Translations under genes and position numbers: made by a program
From: Schmidtea polychroa
Lineage: Eukaryota
Length of the DNA: 64,000 nt
Assembly (NCBI GenBank): GCA_044892525.1
Contig: CM097885.1
Span: 17,424,001-17,488,000 of the forward strand
Direction of reading: 5' to 3'
The notes under the pieces: generated by a model
What the model was told of the DNA's origin: nothing
The model's database searches: none
The model's input: the letters and a program-made list of their open reading frames with translations, nothing else
In this document: one piece after another, positions 30,695 to 61,467 of the stretch
Numbering within the stretch: the first letter of the stretch is position 1
Layout: every line of letters starts with the position of its first letter

Positions 30695-31778
30695 ATTTTT
30701 ATTTCTATTATTAATTGAAAATTTAATTTTTAAAAGGAAAAGAAATATGGATAATTAAACTCAACTTTAATTTAATCTGGATTGCCTGAATTAAAATTAA
30801 GTATTAATTTTTGGTATTTTGATTGAACGGGAAATTAACCCAACATAAACCTGAATTATGTGTGGTGTTTTAATAAATAATTATTAACTTTCACTAGAGA
30901 GTTGACATGAAACATGAGCGTGTGTGCATGAATTGGAAAAAATGATGTATGTGGGAGATAAGGGGGATGAATAGGGTATGGTATTGGGAAGACAATCTGG
31001 TGAAGGGACCAGGCCAAATCGGACACAAGCCTTCTATCGGCAGTCCGTGAACCCAGTAGAGTGCTCGACAATTACAGTGCAAGTAGTGCGCTCACTTTTT
31101 GCGAGCACTCACCCTCTTGATACAGTACCAACGTTGATCATTCAACGGGTATCAAGCGGTAAACAATGTTGTATCTTGGGTTACGCTGGCAACAGCACTA
31201 AAGAGCAAAATATTTGATCATCAGTAACCCACCAGTCAAAACGTGCGATATAATAAAATGAATACGTAATAAAAACATGAGTATGTTGAGGCAGTTGAAT
31301 TTTTATACGCCTTTAGTCAGGTAGATTTCCTATGCATGTGTAAACTTGAGCCACACGAATTGTGGAACGAAAACAGTCTACTTTTGGCATGCTCTCGTAT
31401 CAAGATATAACGCTCGCAAAAATTTTGCTCTACGTCAAAACGAAAAAGTTTAACTTATATAGGAAGTTCGTGACTCTTGGTCAAGCTTTTAGTTTGAACT
31501 CGAAACCCATAATCCAATTTACAAAACACTAAGTGCTGAATTGGTTGAAGTCCATTTCAAAGCCATTTCAATAAATAATCTATGGAATAGAAGTTACTGT
31601 ATACCTTACTCAAACAATTAATAATAAATGAGTATCTATACGATGTCATATCATCAAAACTCGACTCACGCCTTAGATAGTGATATGAACATTGAAGGAA
31701 ACTATTAATTGTATAAATTACATTAAAGTATTAAATAATACCACAAACACATTTCATAACCGTACAACTAGCCTTTAA

Positions 31779-32010
31779 CCCTTTCGCCCCTATTGGGACA
31801 ATACGTCCCAGAAACTTTCATCATGATCCTACTGGAATATTTTCAAAGCAATTTGCGGTGTTAAAGTTTATTTTCAGTGTTTCATTGTTCTATTTGAATT
31901 TAAGCGCCACGATTACAAAAATGAGAATATTTCATATTTAGGTCAATATTAACAAGTTCCAATATATAAATTTAGCATAGTGTCATTAGCGGAAAGTCGG
32001 TGCGAAGGGG
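31779..32010. mobile_element. piggyBac-type MITE
   Basis: TTAA|CCCTTTCGC ... GCGAAGGGG|TTAA. Confidence 0.75.
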
Positions 32011-32271
32011 TTAAAGTGTAAAACGCTATCCCGTAAATATATTTCTCTAATGAAATTTGAATTCTAAATGTTATTACTCGTGCGATCCTTTAGATGAAAG
32101 ACATGTTTTTTGATCCTTTGAGTGCCAACATGATCTTTTGATAATTACCTAAAATGTCACACTGCGAGGGGAAAATTGAAATTTAAAAAAATATTTCTTA
32201 AATAATTTTAATGCTTTTTATCCGAAAAGCAATTAAAAAACCAAAAAACAAATGTCATTACATAGTAAAAA

Positions 32272-32745
32272 ATGGAAGATAGCAAAGTAATGCCTAATTA
32301 TGGAAGTGTCGATATGTTAGATTTAAAGAATATTACGTTCACACAAGGTAGTCACTTGATGACAAATAAAAATTGTGAATTGCCATACGGATCATTTCGG
32401 AAAACCAAACCAGGATATAATCTTGTTTGTGTTCTGAGGCAAAGCCAAAACCTTTAGAAGCCGGTGAGAATTTGGTGAAAATCTCAGATTTACCGTCTTT
32501 TGTAAGAGCTGCTTTTGAAAGATTCAAAACTCTCAATCGAATACAATCAAAAGTATACAAGACTGCACTGAAAGTGACGAAAATATTTTACCCTGTGCTC
32601 CGACTGGGGCCGGTAAAACTAATGTAGCACTGCTTACAATGACGAGGGTAATAGGAAACACATAAATACAGATGGTATGATTTGAAAAGACGATTTCAAG
32701 ATCGTATATGTTGCTCCAATAAAATCATTGGTCAATGAAATGGCT
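32272..32745 (+). pseudogene. SNRNP200: Fragment of U5 snRNP 200-kDa helicase (Brr2), frameshifted
   Basis: LDLKNITFTQGSHLMTNKNCELPYGSFRKTKPGY / KPKPL...[16 protein letters not shown] / [22 protein letters not shown] / FKIVYVAPIKSLVNEM: N-terminal helicase cassette with Walker A; frameshifts and a stop. Confidence 0.92.
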
Positions 32746-33179
32746 TGGTACACTGGAAATCACATCACTTGCAAATTAGCTAAACAACTGAACAAATATC
32801 TACAACCTTGTCAACATGGCGTATGAAAAATCATATTCACCTCTGGTGTACCAAGGAAAGTATCAGAAATATTGTATACTTACCTGGCGCGAAGAGAAAT
32901 CTTCGCGTCTCCTGCATAGTACTTATGAGAGCCAAAAGCTCGAAACTAGTCTACTATTGGTATTTGCACTGAGTATCACAAAGCTTGTAATGTTTTGTAA
33001 TTTGAACAGAAGGTTATCCGAATGTAAACCGAATGAATAAAAACGGGTAACGTATGATACGCAACAATAACAACTTAATATCTCAAGAATGAAGGGTAGG
33101 CTACACTAAAATCATTTTCATTTTGAGCCAAATAGATTCAAATCTAAAAAAATATATTTTATTCCTTTTTATTATTCAG

Positions 33180-33869
33180 TGATACAGTTAATGACGAATC
33201 TGCGCGCAGACAAGGAGGCACCGCTAAAACGGAACGAGGAATTTAGAAGCCGGGAAACCTGAGAGTACCTGGTTCTGTCTCACAGAAATGAACAAATGCA
33301 TGAGGTCGATTTAGCAACTGCAATTACAGGCTGCTCAAGAACAAGTAGAGATAATAGCAATTCGGTTACGAGTCCGGCAACTCGAGATAAAAGAAAATCA
33401 ATCCATCATCGATTGAAACAAAGAAAGGCCACTCATAAACGAAAACGTATTGGGAAACCCGAGAGACCACGGCTCAAGATGCATACCAAGGCGATCCTGG
33501 CTAAGAATCAGATGTCATTAAACTTTGTGTGATTGCGTGATGATTATCGTGAGTAAAAAAATCTGTTCGTGTATTTGAGAACATTTTCGTGTCATTTCTC
33601 AAAAAGAGATGTTACCATGAGTGTGGATGCGGAATTAGTGAGATTGGGACCTAAACGAAAGTCGGACACAGGCCTTCTACCATCCTTCTATCAGTGCCTG
33701 ACAATTATAATATACAATGGTTTGCTCACTTTTTTCTGGTACTCACCCACTTTATACATTACCAACGTTTATTATTCATCGGGTATCAAGCAATAACACA
33801 CCATTGTATTCTAGGTTACTCTGAAAACAGCACGACAAGGTAAAATGTATGCTTACCTCTAAACCACCA
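33180..33869 (+). mobile_element. 3' fragment of the giant LTR-like family (copy 3) with a decayed coiled-coil ORF
   Basis: 33640-33869 is homologous to 6180-6408 and ends AAACCACCA; the upstream part is homologous to ORF 5568-6014. Confidence 0.7.
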
Positions 33870-35152
33870 TTTATAATAATTTTATAAATAAATCTTACAA
33901 ATGTTTTTCGTTATTTTCCTTATTAGAGTTCTCCGAATCTAGCTGAAAACTTATTTCAGCCATTTTTTGGATAAATTGGAAATAATAATAGGTTAACTAT
34001 ATGTTAACAGATTTTATTCATTAAAACATAAAAGTTTTACACACGGGTATCGATACTTTGCTTTTATTGATTTTTCTATAAATTATAAAAGTTTTTATTC
34101 CCTCGTGTAGTCAGATCATCAATTAAAATCCACTACTACAATAACTAAGGTGTCAAATATCCGCACGCACTAATGTGGTAGAAACGAATACACATTGGAT
34201 AATCAAGGATGACCCCACTCTGACGAAAACAGGTAATATTAAGATCCATAAGAGTGGCCATTTTCGATTTCAGTGCTGGAATGGTACTCGTACCGACATA
34301 CATGACATCGGGAGTTTGCGACGGAGAAAGTTCTACTCTATGACTTGAGCATGATAGCATGATGATGAGCTGGGAAAACATTTTCCCGATCGATGACGGG
34401 GTATTTGGTGACTAGTTTTTGTAGTTCCACTTCAGAATAGATGTGGTGAAGTTTTTGTGATTGGGCCTTAATTGTGAGTCGCTGGCTACTATTTTCCTCC
34501 AGCAGACTATCTCGACAGTGTTCTAAACGTAGAATCTTTCGGTTCGCTTCTTTCATCTGTGGTGGGGAGAATCACGTTCCTACCATTAGATCGGTGCGTT
34601 TCTTAAGACCTCCAATCTCCGTGCGTAACTGTCGCATTGTTGCATTTTTGTCCGCACGAGACAAGCACAGCTTCAGACCAGTCCTTGGCAAATTTGGTTC
34701 CAACATGATGATAAGAAAGAGAGGTTATCGATGAATCCGGCACCCTACCATCCACGCAGATCATTGGAATTTATTTACGCATTATCAATACTGGGGTAAG
34801 TTTTGTGAATCACTTAAGATTCTAAATTGTATCCCCAGTTCCTTTATACAGATTTACCTTTACTCCTGTCCACCTTACCGGGTCATAACTATTCCCTCTC
34901 AGTGGTCTTTCGTTCCTGTGTTTTTACTCATTACCTCACGTAATCACAATAAAGGTCTTTCGATATTAGGGGACACGAATCTGATCAGTGGATGGTAGAG
35001 AGGTTTTAAGTTTTACCAGGGAAATTAATTTCGAAGATTCGGAATTGTTTTAATTATATAATTTTAGCGATTTTTTATCAGGGAATCAATAAAATTTTAT
35101 AAACATAGTTAATATTTAAATAAACACGATAAAGATTTTATTAATAAAAATC

Positions 35153-36112
35153 GCCATTCGTACATCTTTTTCACTATATATTTCGATAGCATCCCTATCA
35201 TCATCATCAGGTAACCTACATTCACGACGGATGAATAACTATACTATATTGATAATATATAAACAAATTATAAAATCTATTAATTTTAAATTATAAATAA
35301 AAATTTAAAAATTTTTTTTTAAAAATAATTTTCAATAATCAATAATATTTAAACTTTTAAAATTATTTAAAAAATATTATTTTAATTATTTTTTTAATTG
35401 TTTAACATAACTATTATTCAACATACATCAACATACAAAAATTTAATTAAAAACATTCAACATACACGTATTCACTGCATTCTGCACATTGATTTTTGGA
35501 TTAAAAGTTGGATTAAACTATTATTCAACATACATCAACATACAAAAATTTAATTAAAAACATTCAACATACACGTATTCACTGCATTCTGCACATTGAT
35601 TTTTGGATTAAAAGTTATTATCAATAATGCTTCACATATCACATATCACACGCTCAAAACAATTATCAAAATTTTTTAATAATATTTTAAAATCCGACAT
35701 TCCTTATTCTGTCATACAAACTTTACCATGATGCTAAATATTGGACACTTCCTTCGGTCGACAGTGTTCTTGACCTCGAGTACAGAGATGATGGGAAGTA
35801 TATCCAATGTATGTGGCATTACACCCATTACATGTGAATTGATAAACGAGATTCGAACACAATCCAACCGGCGTTTGAGATTTACTAACAAACATACTAC
35901 GTACTTTGCACGACTTTGAAACAATTTTATAATTCAATGTACCCAGCTGTTTACCTATCTTTCTTTTGAAATCTTTATATCCTTCAGAATACGGCAATAC
36001 CATCGTATATTTTTTACAATATAGTATAGTTATTCATCCGTTGTGAATGTAGGTAACCTGATGATGATAGTGATGCTATCGAAATATATAGTGAAAAAGA
36101 TGTACGAATGAC
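35153..36112 (-). mobile_element. 5'-truncated Penelope-like retroelement: GIY-YIG endonuclease remnant between inverted pLTR copies
   Basis: NLVYQFTCNGCNATYIGYTSHHLCTRGQEH and, further on, EALLI..NPKIN. About 100-bp inverted repeat 35153-35251 / 36017-36112. Internal tandem duplication of about 107 bp at 35409-35617. Confidence 0.85.
36052..36096 (+). ncRNA. Minimal hammerhead ribozyme motif in the pLTR (second copy on the minus strand at about 35170-35217)
   Basis: CTGATGA-T-GATAG-tgatg-CTATC-GAAA-TATATA-GTGA: core boxes, stem II GATAG/CTATC and palindromic minimal stem III. Stem I TTAC/GTGA is present in the minus-strand copy. Confidence 0.6.
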
Positions 36113-36844
36113 GATAGTTAATATTATTACGGTTATTGATACTTTGGTAATAAGTAAATTTTGAAAATGTTTAAACTGATTTAATTAGAGTCAATATTAT
36201 AGATTGGTTAATGAGGAACCCATGATAAAACTTGTAACAATTTAATAGCATTGAAGTTATCGATCGGTTCTTCGGAATCCAACGGTAAAATTGGAAATCA
36301 ATTAAATAGCGGTAATGTTTTAAGAACTAATAGGAAAAAAATTCGTAAGCCATCTAATAAAAATAACGCTATATTATTCACCTTCCCAGTTAATTAACCA
36401 TTGATCATGTCTCTTACACTATATGCATACATTTTTGTTCTCACCGCTTCGAATTATTTGACAGATTTTCATTTCTCACACACAGATGTACGCACTTCTG
36501 TTTGACAGCGAATCGTCTGACTCGTGATGGATGCACCCAGCGGCCGAAGACGATACTTTCTAGGAAGGATTCCCGATGTGATTCGAACATTTTTATTTTT
36601 ATTTTTTTTATTCAATTTATTACGTAATACACGTAAGCTTATTGTCTTAATTATCATTATGGGTGCCCTGTCGTTCTGTCATGAAGTGGCTTTTCAGAAG
36701 TCTGTACCTAACTTATTGTGAAACTTATCGCCATGTCTTTCTTACCGCCGTTTCGAATTTTCGGTTCCGAAAATGCCAACAAATAAAATATATATAATCG
36801 TAATTTGCATTTTCATAATTTTTTGCCGACAGAGATTATGATTT

Positions 36845-37080
36845 AATGGAGGACAAAGAGAAATCGAGCAACGACCTATTATCGGTATCCCGTGAACCAA
36901 TAGGAGCATTTTACAATTATAATGCACTGGAATGCGCACACTTTATGTGAATGCCCAACCATTTAACATAGTACCAAAGTTGAACAATCAATGAGTATTA
37001 AATGGCGGATAACGCCTCTATTCTGGTTTATACTGGAAACAGCTCGAAAAGGTAAAATGTTGATTATTTGTTACCCACCA
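36845..37080 (+). mobile_element. Diverged 3' terminus of the giant LTR-like family (copy 4)
   Basis: CCCGTGAACC...ACAATTATAATGCA...AGTACCAAAGTTGA...CTGGAAACAG...TTACCCACCA, homologous to 6185-6408. Confidence 0.65.
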
Positions 37081-37487
37081 AAATGAATATACAGGGGAAT
37101 AATTCATTCTCCGGAAACCTAGAATCGTACTTCCACTTTCACTAAGCTCATCACCTGCTCAATATTTGATTTATTGCCATTCTCATTGGTCTGTGTGTTC
37201 GCATCTTCTTGTATCATAAACTCGTAACCATAGAGGTTAGACGATTTTTTGGAAATCCCGAAATTTGTGTCGAATAATTGTATATAATTATTTTTGCGTT
37301 GTTCAAATCTATTATAATCAATTTTTACCTTTTAAACGCCGCAAATTATTTGTATGGCCAAGTACTACAGGCTGAGAAATTATTATTATTTAATTTAATT
37401 GAAAAATATTTGCATTCAGTATTAATAATTAAAACATTTCAAATATTTTTCAATGTCATACAATTAGCTATATTATGACTTCTATGG

Positions 37488-37707
<220 letters not shown>

Positions 37708-38203
37708 AATAAATATTTGTTTAAAAATATTAAATAAGTATATTTAATAATTTATAATAATATTAGTAATAAAAATATTTCATTATAGTTTCATTAACAA
37801 TATTTCACTGACATGCATCAAATGTGGTTTACATGGGCTCTAATATTGAGTAAAAATATTTCTTTTGTTGTATAATTGATTAAAATAAATAAATTGTTTG
37901 TGTTGAATATTGATTAATGAAGTAATATTGTAAAACAATAAATTTTTGATCAACCCCTTTGGGAATGGACATTTGAATCTGATTTATTTTAATGAAAAAT
38001 TGAATACTTCAGAGACTGTGGAAATTGAAAAAATCTGAGATTATTAAGATGAAGGCAGATTCAAATTTCAATTTTATTAAAAAAAATAAAATGTGAAATT
38101 TTAATTATTGGAAAAATTTACATGAATATTTTATTAAAATTATTTACACATAAACAAATAACTATATTATCAATTTGGTTCCGTTGGGTATTTGTTGGAA
38201 ACT

Positions 38204-55734
<17,531 letters not shown>

Positions 55735-57627
55735 AGTATTGAGATTTTATAATCTATAGATAAAACTGTCTGTTAAGATAAAATTGTTTGTCGCGAGCAC
55801 CCAGGATAATTAGCCAAATTTCTCGCTACCCGGAGGAATTAAAGAAAATAAAAGAAACTTTGTCAGAATAACCTCTATTTGATGTTCTGTCGCGAACTCA
55901 AAGTGTTCTTAATTCAAAGAGTCTTTTGATAGTGATTTCTCAGTTTAATTATTTAAATGAATATTTCTACCGTCAGCAGTTTTCTCTATCCGGAGAACAG
56001 ATTATCAAGCAGTGTTCAGGTGTTGTGTTTTCCATCAGTCAATTTCAAAAAACTTTCTTCAATCAAAAAAAAATTAAAATTCCTTATCTTAACATGCCGA
56101 CCAATAGAATTGCAGACGATTTCTAACTGAAATTTGATTGGGTTTTAGATTTCCTGAGCTTGATCTGCAATTAAGATCCAAATTTCTAATGTATTTTAAT
56201 TATGTTTCATCGCCCATGCAAGAAAATAATAATAATAACAATAATCCATTGGATTTTTTTCCCTTTTTTTCCCTACGAAATAATTATCATGGTTATTAAA
56301 ACAATTAATTCTTCTACGTAATATTTAACCGCATTTTGTGTGTATTCAAATGATGTGATATTGAGAGAGAATTTTATTTTACACTGATTATCGGTGATTG
56401 CATAATAATTTTATATACAAGTCTGTTGCGTAAGTACTAAGTTGTCTACTTTAAATAAATATTTATATTGGTTTAATATTTTGATACTTGTTACGGCATA
56501 ATTATAAAATGCAATGCTTACACACGAGTTCATTCCGTATCGAAGTTTCAACGTATAAACATTGCAAGTTACTTTTCATTATTTTACATATTAGTTTAAA
56601 ATTTTTTATAATTCATATATTTCTCAAATTTTTTTACTCAAACGCGTAATTTTAAACAAAATTTACGTAAATATTTAAGCTGGGCAAAAAATCTTTTTGG
56701 GCCTTCTCCAAAAGTTTTATTTTACAAAATCAAAAAAATACACCTACATATCTCTTTATTTTTAATAAATGTAAATACAAATGTGACAAAGAAAAAAATT
56801 TCTTACAAGGTTAAAAATATATATTATGTAATACGCCCGATTTAAATGCGTTCGTTCATATAAAAATCAGTATAACATTTTTTTCTTCTTTCGAAGGTGG
56901 AAAATTGGTCGATTATATCTTTGAAGCAAAGAGTTTGCAACGTATCGTGTTCCATACTCAAAATATTTAAGTCAACGAGAATGTAGTGAAACTTTTTCAA
57001 ATAAATACGGATCAGTGGTATTTTGAGTTACTTTTTGATTTATATCTAGTCCCTAATCTACCGCCAAATAGTTATGTAAGGAGCTCAGTCTTGTAATTTT
57101 TCCAAAATTATCATCTTTTCGTGGAAAATATTGGGATTTTTCAGGGACCCCTAAAATACTGCTTATTTTACTGAATCGGATATCTGACCCTAATTGTATG
57201 AAGCCTATAGAAATAAAATGGTTATTTAAAACATATTTAAATAAATAAAACTTTTGGTAAGAGTGCCATAAAAAAATTCCATCCAAGCTATTGAAACCAA
57301 CGTAACGGTACTTCTCATAGACCACATTTTTGTGCTGCTTTATTTCTCATGCTACGCAGTAAGAAAACATATTTTTCCTTTCTATTACATTCTAATAAAA
57401 GTTTTTTAAAAAATGTCATACGTTATTTTCTACTTATTAGTTGTTTGGAAGTGTAACCTATCTCAGCTAAAATTAAGATAATTGTTCTATGTAAAATTTT
57501 ACTATTATACAATACTTTTTATTATTTTTTTACCAAAGTATGAAATTTAAATATTTCATACATTGTGATTGGGACTACGTGTGTTTGCAAAGTGTGATGT
57601 TAAATAGATATGTCAATATTCGGATAA

Positions 57628-58134
57628 GGGCCCGTCCATAAACGACGTCACGCTCCTAGAGAAAGAGGCAGATATTTTTGACGAAGGGGAATGAGGTTTT
57701 GAGAAATGTGACATCACAAAAAATTATTTCATTTGGCAATTTTATCACTATTATTTAATCATTCAAATAAATTTAATCTTTTATTCACTAGATGTCAACA
57801 AAATGCATTAAATTTTAATTAAATTTCACTTTAACTTACTTCATCAGAAAGAGAATTCGAGAGCAAATATATTTTATTTCTAAAAATATTTAACGCAGAC
57901 GGTTTTAGTTGAATTTTAATAAACTGAACTTTGATCATTATACTAATATATAAAATTGATTAATTAAAATTTATATTACCAATTCGTAAATAATTTAATT
58001 ATTAGTCAATAATTATAAATAATATTTGCAGGGAATTCACTCCTAATGATTGATAAAAAATATAATGCACCAGTGTGACGGTGAGGGGTTCAAAAATCCG
58101 TCAAAATTGCGTGACGTAATTTTTGGATGGACCC
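57628..58134. mobile_element. PIF/Harbinger (Tourist-like) MITE
   Basis: TAA|GGGCCCGTCCATAAACGACGTCACGC ... GCGTGACGTAATTTTTGGATGGACCC|TAA: imperfect 26-bp TIR and 3-bp TAA TSD. Confidence 0.82.
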
Positions 58135-58297
58135 TAATTAACTAACAAACAAGTGAATTTAAATAAAAATTTGAAATATAAAAATAAGTTTATAATATTT
58201 ATAATAATAATGCAATCTATTTGATAATGCTTCATCAAAATTTATTATTATATGTAATATTTATACTTAAAAATGAAAATTAATATATACTTATACT

Positions 58298-59012
58298 CAG
58301 GCCCTTTCACAGGTTAGAAGAGGTCTGAGCCATTTCAAAACTATGAGGCCCCTGACCGGGCCTAAAATATATATTTTAAAATTTCGGTTCTTGAAAATTT
58401 ACAAACATTTACCACAACATTGATGTTTTAATTAACATGTGGATATAGAATATGATCAATAAATTGATCACATGAATCATATGATGATAAAATTATTTAA
58501 TATCCAAAATTGAACTAATTTCAAATTTTTCTATTTAACAAATTCCTTTCTTGCTTTTTGTTCAGGAAAACCGTAATTATTTCAGAAAAATTTAGTTTTC
58601 TTGAAATGTCACAGTTTATATTGAGCATAGCAAGTCCTTTCAATCGTTCTTACCCCATAGTCAAACGATGGTAATTTTTGATTTGTTTTAAAACATTGAA
58701 AGTACTTTCACTAAAAGCTGCTGGTGCTGACAAACTGATGAAAATACGTAGTGCAATTGTAAGATTTTGGAAAACTCGAGACACACCAAGTTCAAATATT
58801 TCTTTCAGGACACATCATCAATAAAGACTATCTAGACAGAATTGACGTAATATTGAGTTATTGACGATTATACATAAATACAAATTCTATAAAAATTCTA
58901 TAACTCTATTATATTAATATTTAATAAAAGCATTTATTTACAAAATGTGAGGCCACTTTGAGGGCCTTTTAGGAGCACATGTCCCTCCTGGCCTCTCCTG
59001 TGATAGGCCTTG
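58298..59012 (-). mobile_element. Internally deleted hAT element retaining the hATC dimerisation-domain coding remnant
   Basis: Perfect 8-bp TSD CTTATACT; ends CAGGCCCTTTCACAGG / CCTGTGATAGGCCTTG. Minus strand at about 58531-58800 reads FQNLTIALRIFISLSAPAAFSESTFNVLKQIKNYHRLTMGKERLKGLAMLNIN. Confidence 0.88.
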
Positions 59013-59699
59013 CTTATACTTAATAATACTTATAAGTACTTAAGACTTAAGTGTTTTCTTATTACCAGTTTTAATGTTTCAAATGGAAATATATTGTGTA
59101 AATAAATTCGTTAAGGTTGCCGAAAGAATTTTTGCAACTGGCCTCAGTAGTAGGATGTGGGCTCCCCAGATCAGGTCCCCTCCAGATCACATATACCCCC
59201 TCCCCCCCCCCCCGGGAAAAAATTTTATTTTTTTTTTTAGAACGATGCCTAATATTTTTAGAACTATTACGTAATCAATGCCTAATATTTTTAGAACGAT
59301 GCCTAATATTTTTAGAACTATTACGTAATTTTTTTTTAAATTAAGTGATCCAGCGGGGACCTACTTTTTTTCTTCCCAAAAGTAATGTTCCCGCCAACAA
59401 ATTTTATTAACCGATACCTCATCTTAAAGCTCAGTCCAAGACCTTTCGAATGAGCTATAGGTATCTTATATATCTTTAATAGTTTTAATGTTATTAACAA
59501 TTGATGACCACCATCTTTTCAACGTTAAATTATTATTATTTTTCAAAATATTATTAAGTGATCCAGCGGGGACCTACTTTTTTTCATCCCAAAAATTATT
59601 GTTCCCACCAACATATTATATTGATCGATAGCTTATTTTAAAGCTCTGTGCAAGAACTTTCTAATGAGATATAGATTTTTATCATACGATGACTCATCA

Positions 59700-60250
59700 C
59701 ATTTTTAGAACAAAGACAATGACTCATCACATTTTTAGAATGATGTCTAATATTTTAGAATGATGCCAAATATTTTTAGAACGATGTCTATTATTTTTAG
59801 AACGATGCCTAATATTTTTAGAACGATGCCTAATATTTTTAGAACGATGCCTAATATTTTTAGAATGATTACGTCATAATTTTAGAACGATGTCTATTAT
59901 TTTTAGAATGATGCCTAATATTTTTAGAATGATTACGTCATACTTTTAGAACGATGCCAAATATTTTTAGAACGATGCCTAATATTTTTAGAATGATTAC
60001 GTCATAATTTTAGAACGATGTCTATTATTTTTAGAATGATGCCTAATATTTTTAGATCGATTACGTCATACTTTTAGAACGATGCCTAATATTTTTAGAA
60101 TGATTACATCATAATTTTAGAACGATGTCTATTATTTTTAGAATGATGCCTAATATTTTTTGATCGATTACGTCATACTTTTAGAACGATGCCTAATATT
60201 TTTAGAATGATTACATCATACTTTTAGAACGATGCCTAATATTTTTAGAA
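59700..60250. repeat. About 22-24 bp minisatellite TTTTAGAACGATGCCTAATAT / TTTTAGAATGATTACGTCATA
   Basis: More than 20 units with higher-order alternation; also present at 59235-59330. Confidence 0.93.
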
Positions 60251-60389
60251 TTAATAATTTTGTTTTAATTATCGATGATTATATAATTTTGTTTAAATCA
60301 TTGATTATATAATTCTTTTGTTTTAATTATCGAATACGTAATAATATAATTTTGTTTAAATCGTTGATTACATATTATTATTTTCTAAG

Positions 60390-60391
<2 letters not shown>

Positions 60392-60448
<57 letters not shown>

Positions 60449-60587
60449 GCATATATACACCGAGTTTATCCGGCAAGATATTCTGTCCCCCTATGGGTAC
60501 TGCACACAAATGTACTACTCACACTCAACAAGTCACATGGGTACTGTTCATATTATTATTATTATTATTTTTTCAAATACAAGTTCA

Positions 60588-60660
<73 letters not shown>

Positions 60661-61066
60661 TATTATTACGCGCACGGGGAATATTATTATCATATATACT
60701 CTTAATCTATCCGACAAAATATTCTATCCCTTTATGGGTATTGCTCATATGGGTAATGGTCAAAGGTGTACTACTCACACTCAACAAGTCACATGGGTAC
60801 TGCACACAAGGGTACTACTCACATTCAACATGTCTCAAAGGGTATAATATAATTATTATTAAATTCTGACCAACTTAAATCAATGAAGGGGTAGAACAAA
60901 AATATATTAAGTTGCGGTATTTTAAATTTAAAAGTATTTTAAAAACTTATTTTGACACTAAAGTTTACTTAATTAACAAAGACATAATTATTACACATGC
61001 TTTGCATAAATATTATTATTTTTTAAATTTTCAATATTTTCTTTTAAAGTATTAACACGCGCAGGA

Positions 61067-61128
<62 letters not shown>

Positions 61129-61367
61129 CAATATTAAAAACCTAAAATATTTTTACACACACAACCCCTCAACCATTATTATTATTATCAAAATTAAAAA
61201 CATAAAATATTTTCTACACACACACACACACAACCCATTAACCATTATTATTATTGCAAATATTAGTCAAAAACATAAAAACACTCATTAACCATTATTA
61301 TTATCAATATTAGTGAAAACCTAAAATATTTTTTTTTCCACACACACACATATACAACCCATTAAAC

Positions 61368-61451
<84 letters not shown>

Positions 61452-61467
61452 ATTATTATTATTATTA
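60392..61467. repeat. Cluster of (ATT)n and (CA)n microsatellites
   Basis: Runs at about 60392-60448, 60591-60668, 61068-61128 and 61370-61467. Confidence 0.9.

Larger units (their letters stand above)
25137..31234 (+). mobile_element. Giant solo-LTR-like element, copy 2 (about 6.1 kb), with 4-bp TSD
   Basis: GTCA|TGTTGGGCTAGAACTGATTTCTAAACCC ... GTAACCCACCA|GTCA. Colinear with 1195-6408 except between about 28400 and 30880. Confidence 0.82.

Noticed and set aside
36469..36657. Possible TCF C-clamp exon
   Set aside because: No CRARF or WCxxCxRKKKC pattern in the minus-strand frames examined.
59700..60250. CRISPR-like regular array (also 6707-7000 and 8843-9240)
   Set aside because: Units are contiguous or have repetitive spacers, there are no cas genes, and the context is eukaryotic; these are minisatellites or motif arrays.
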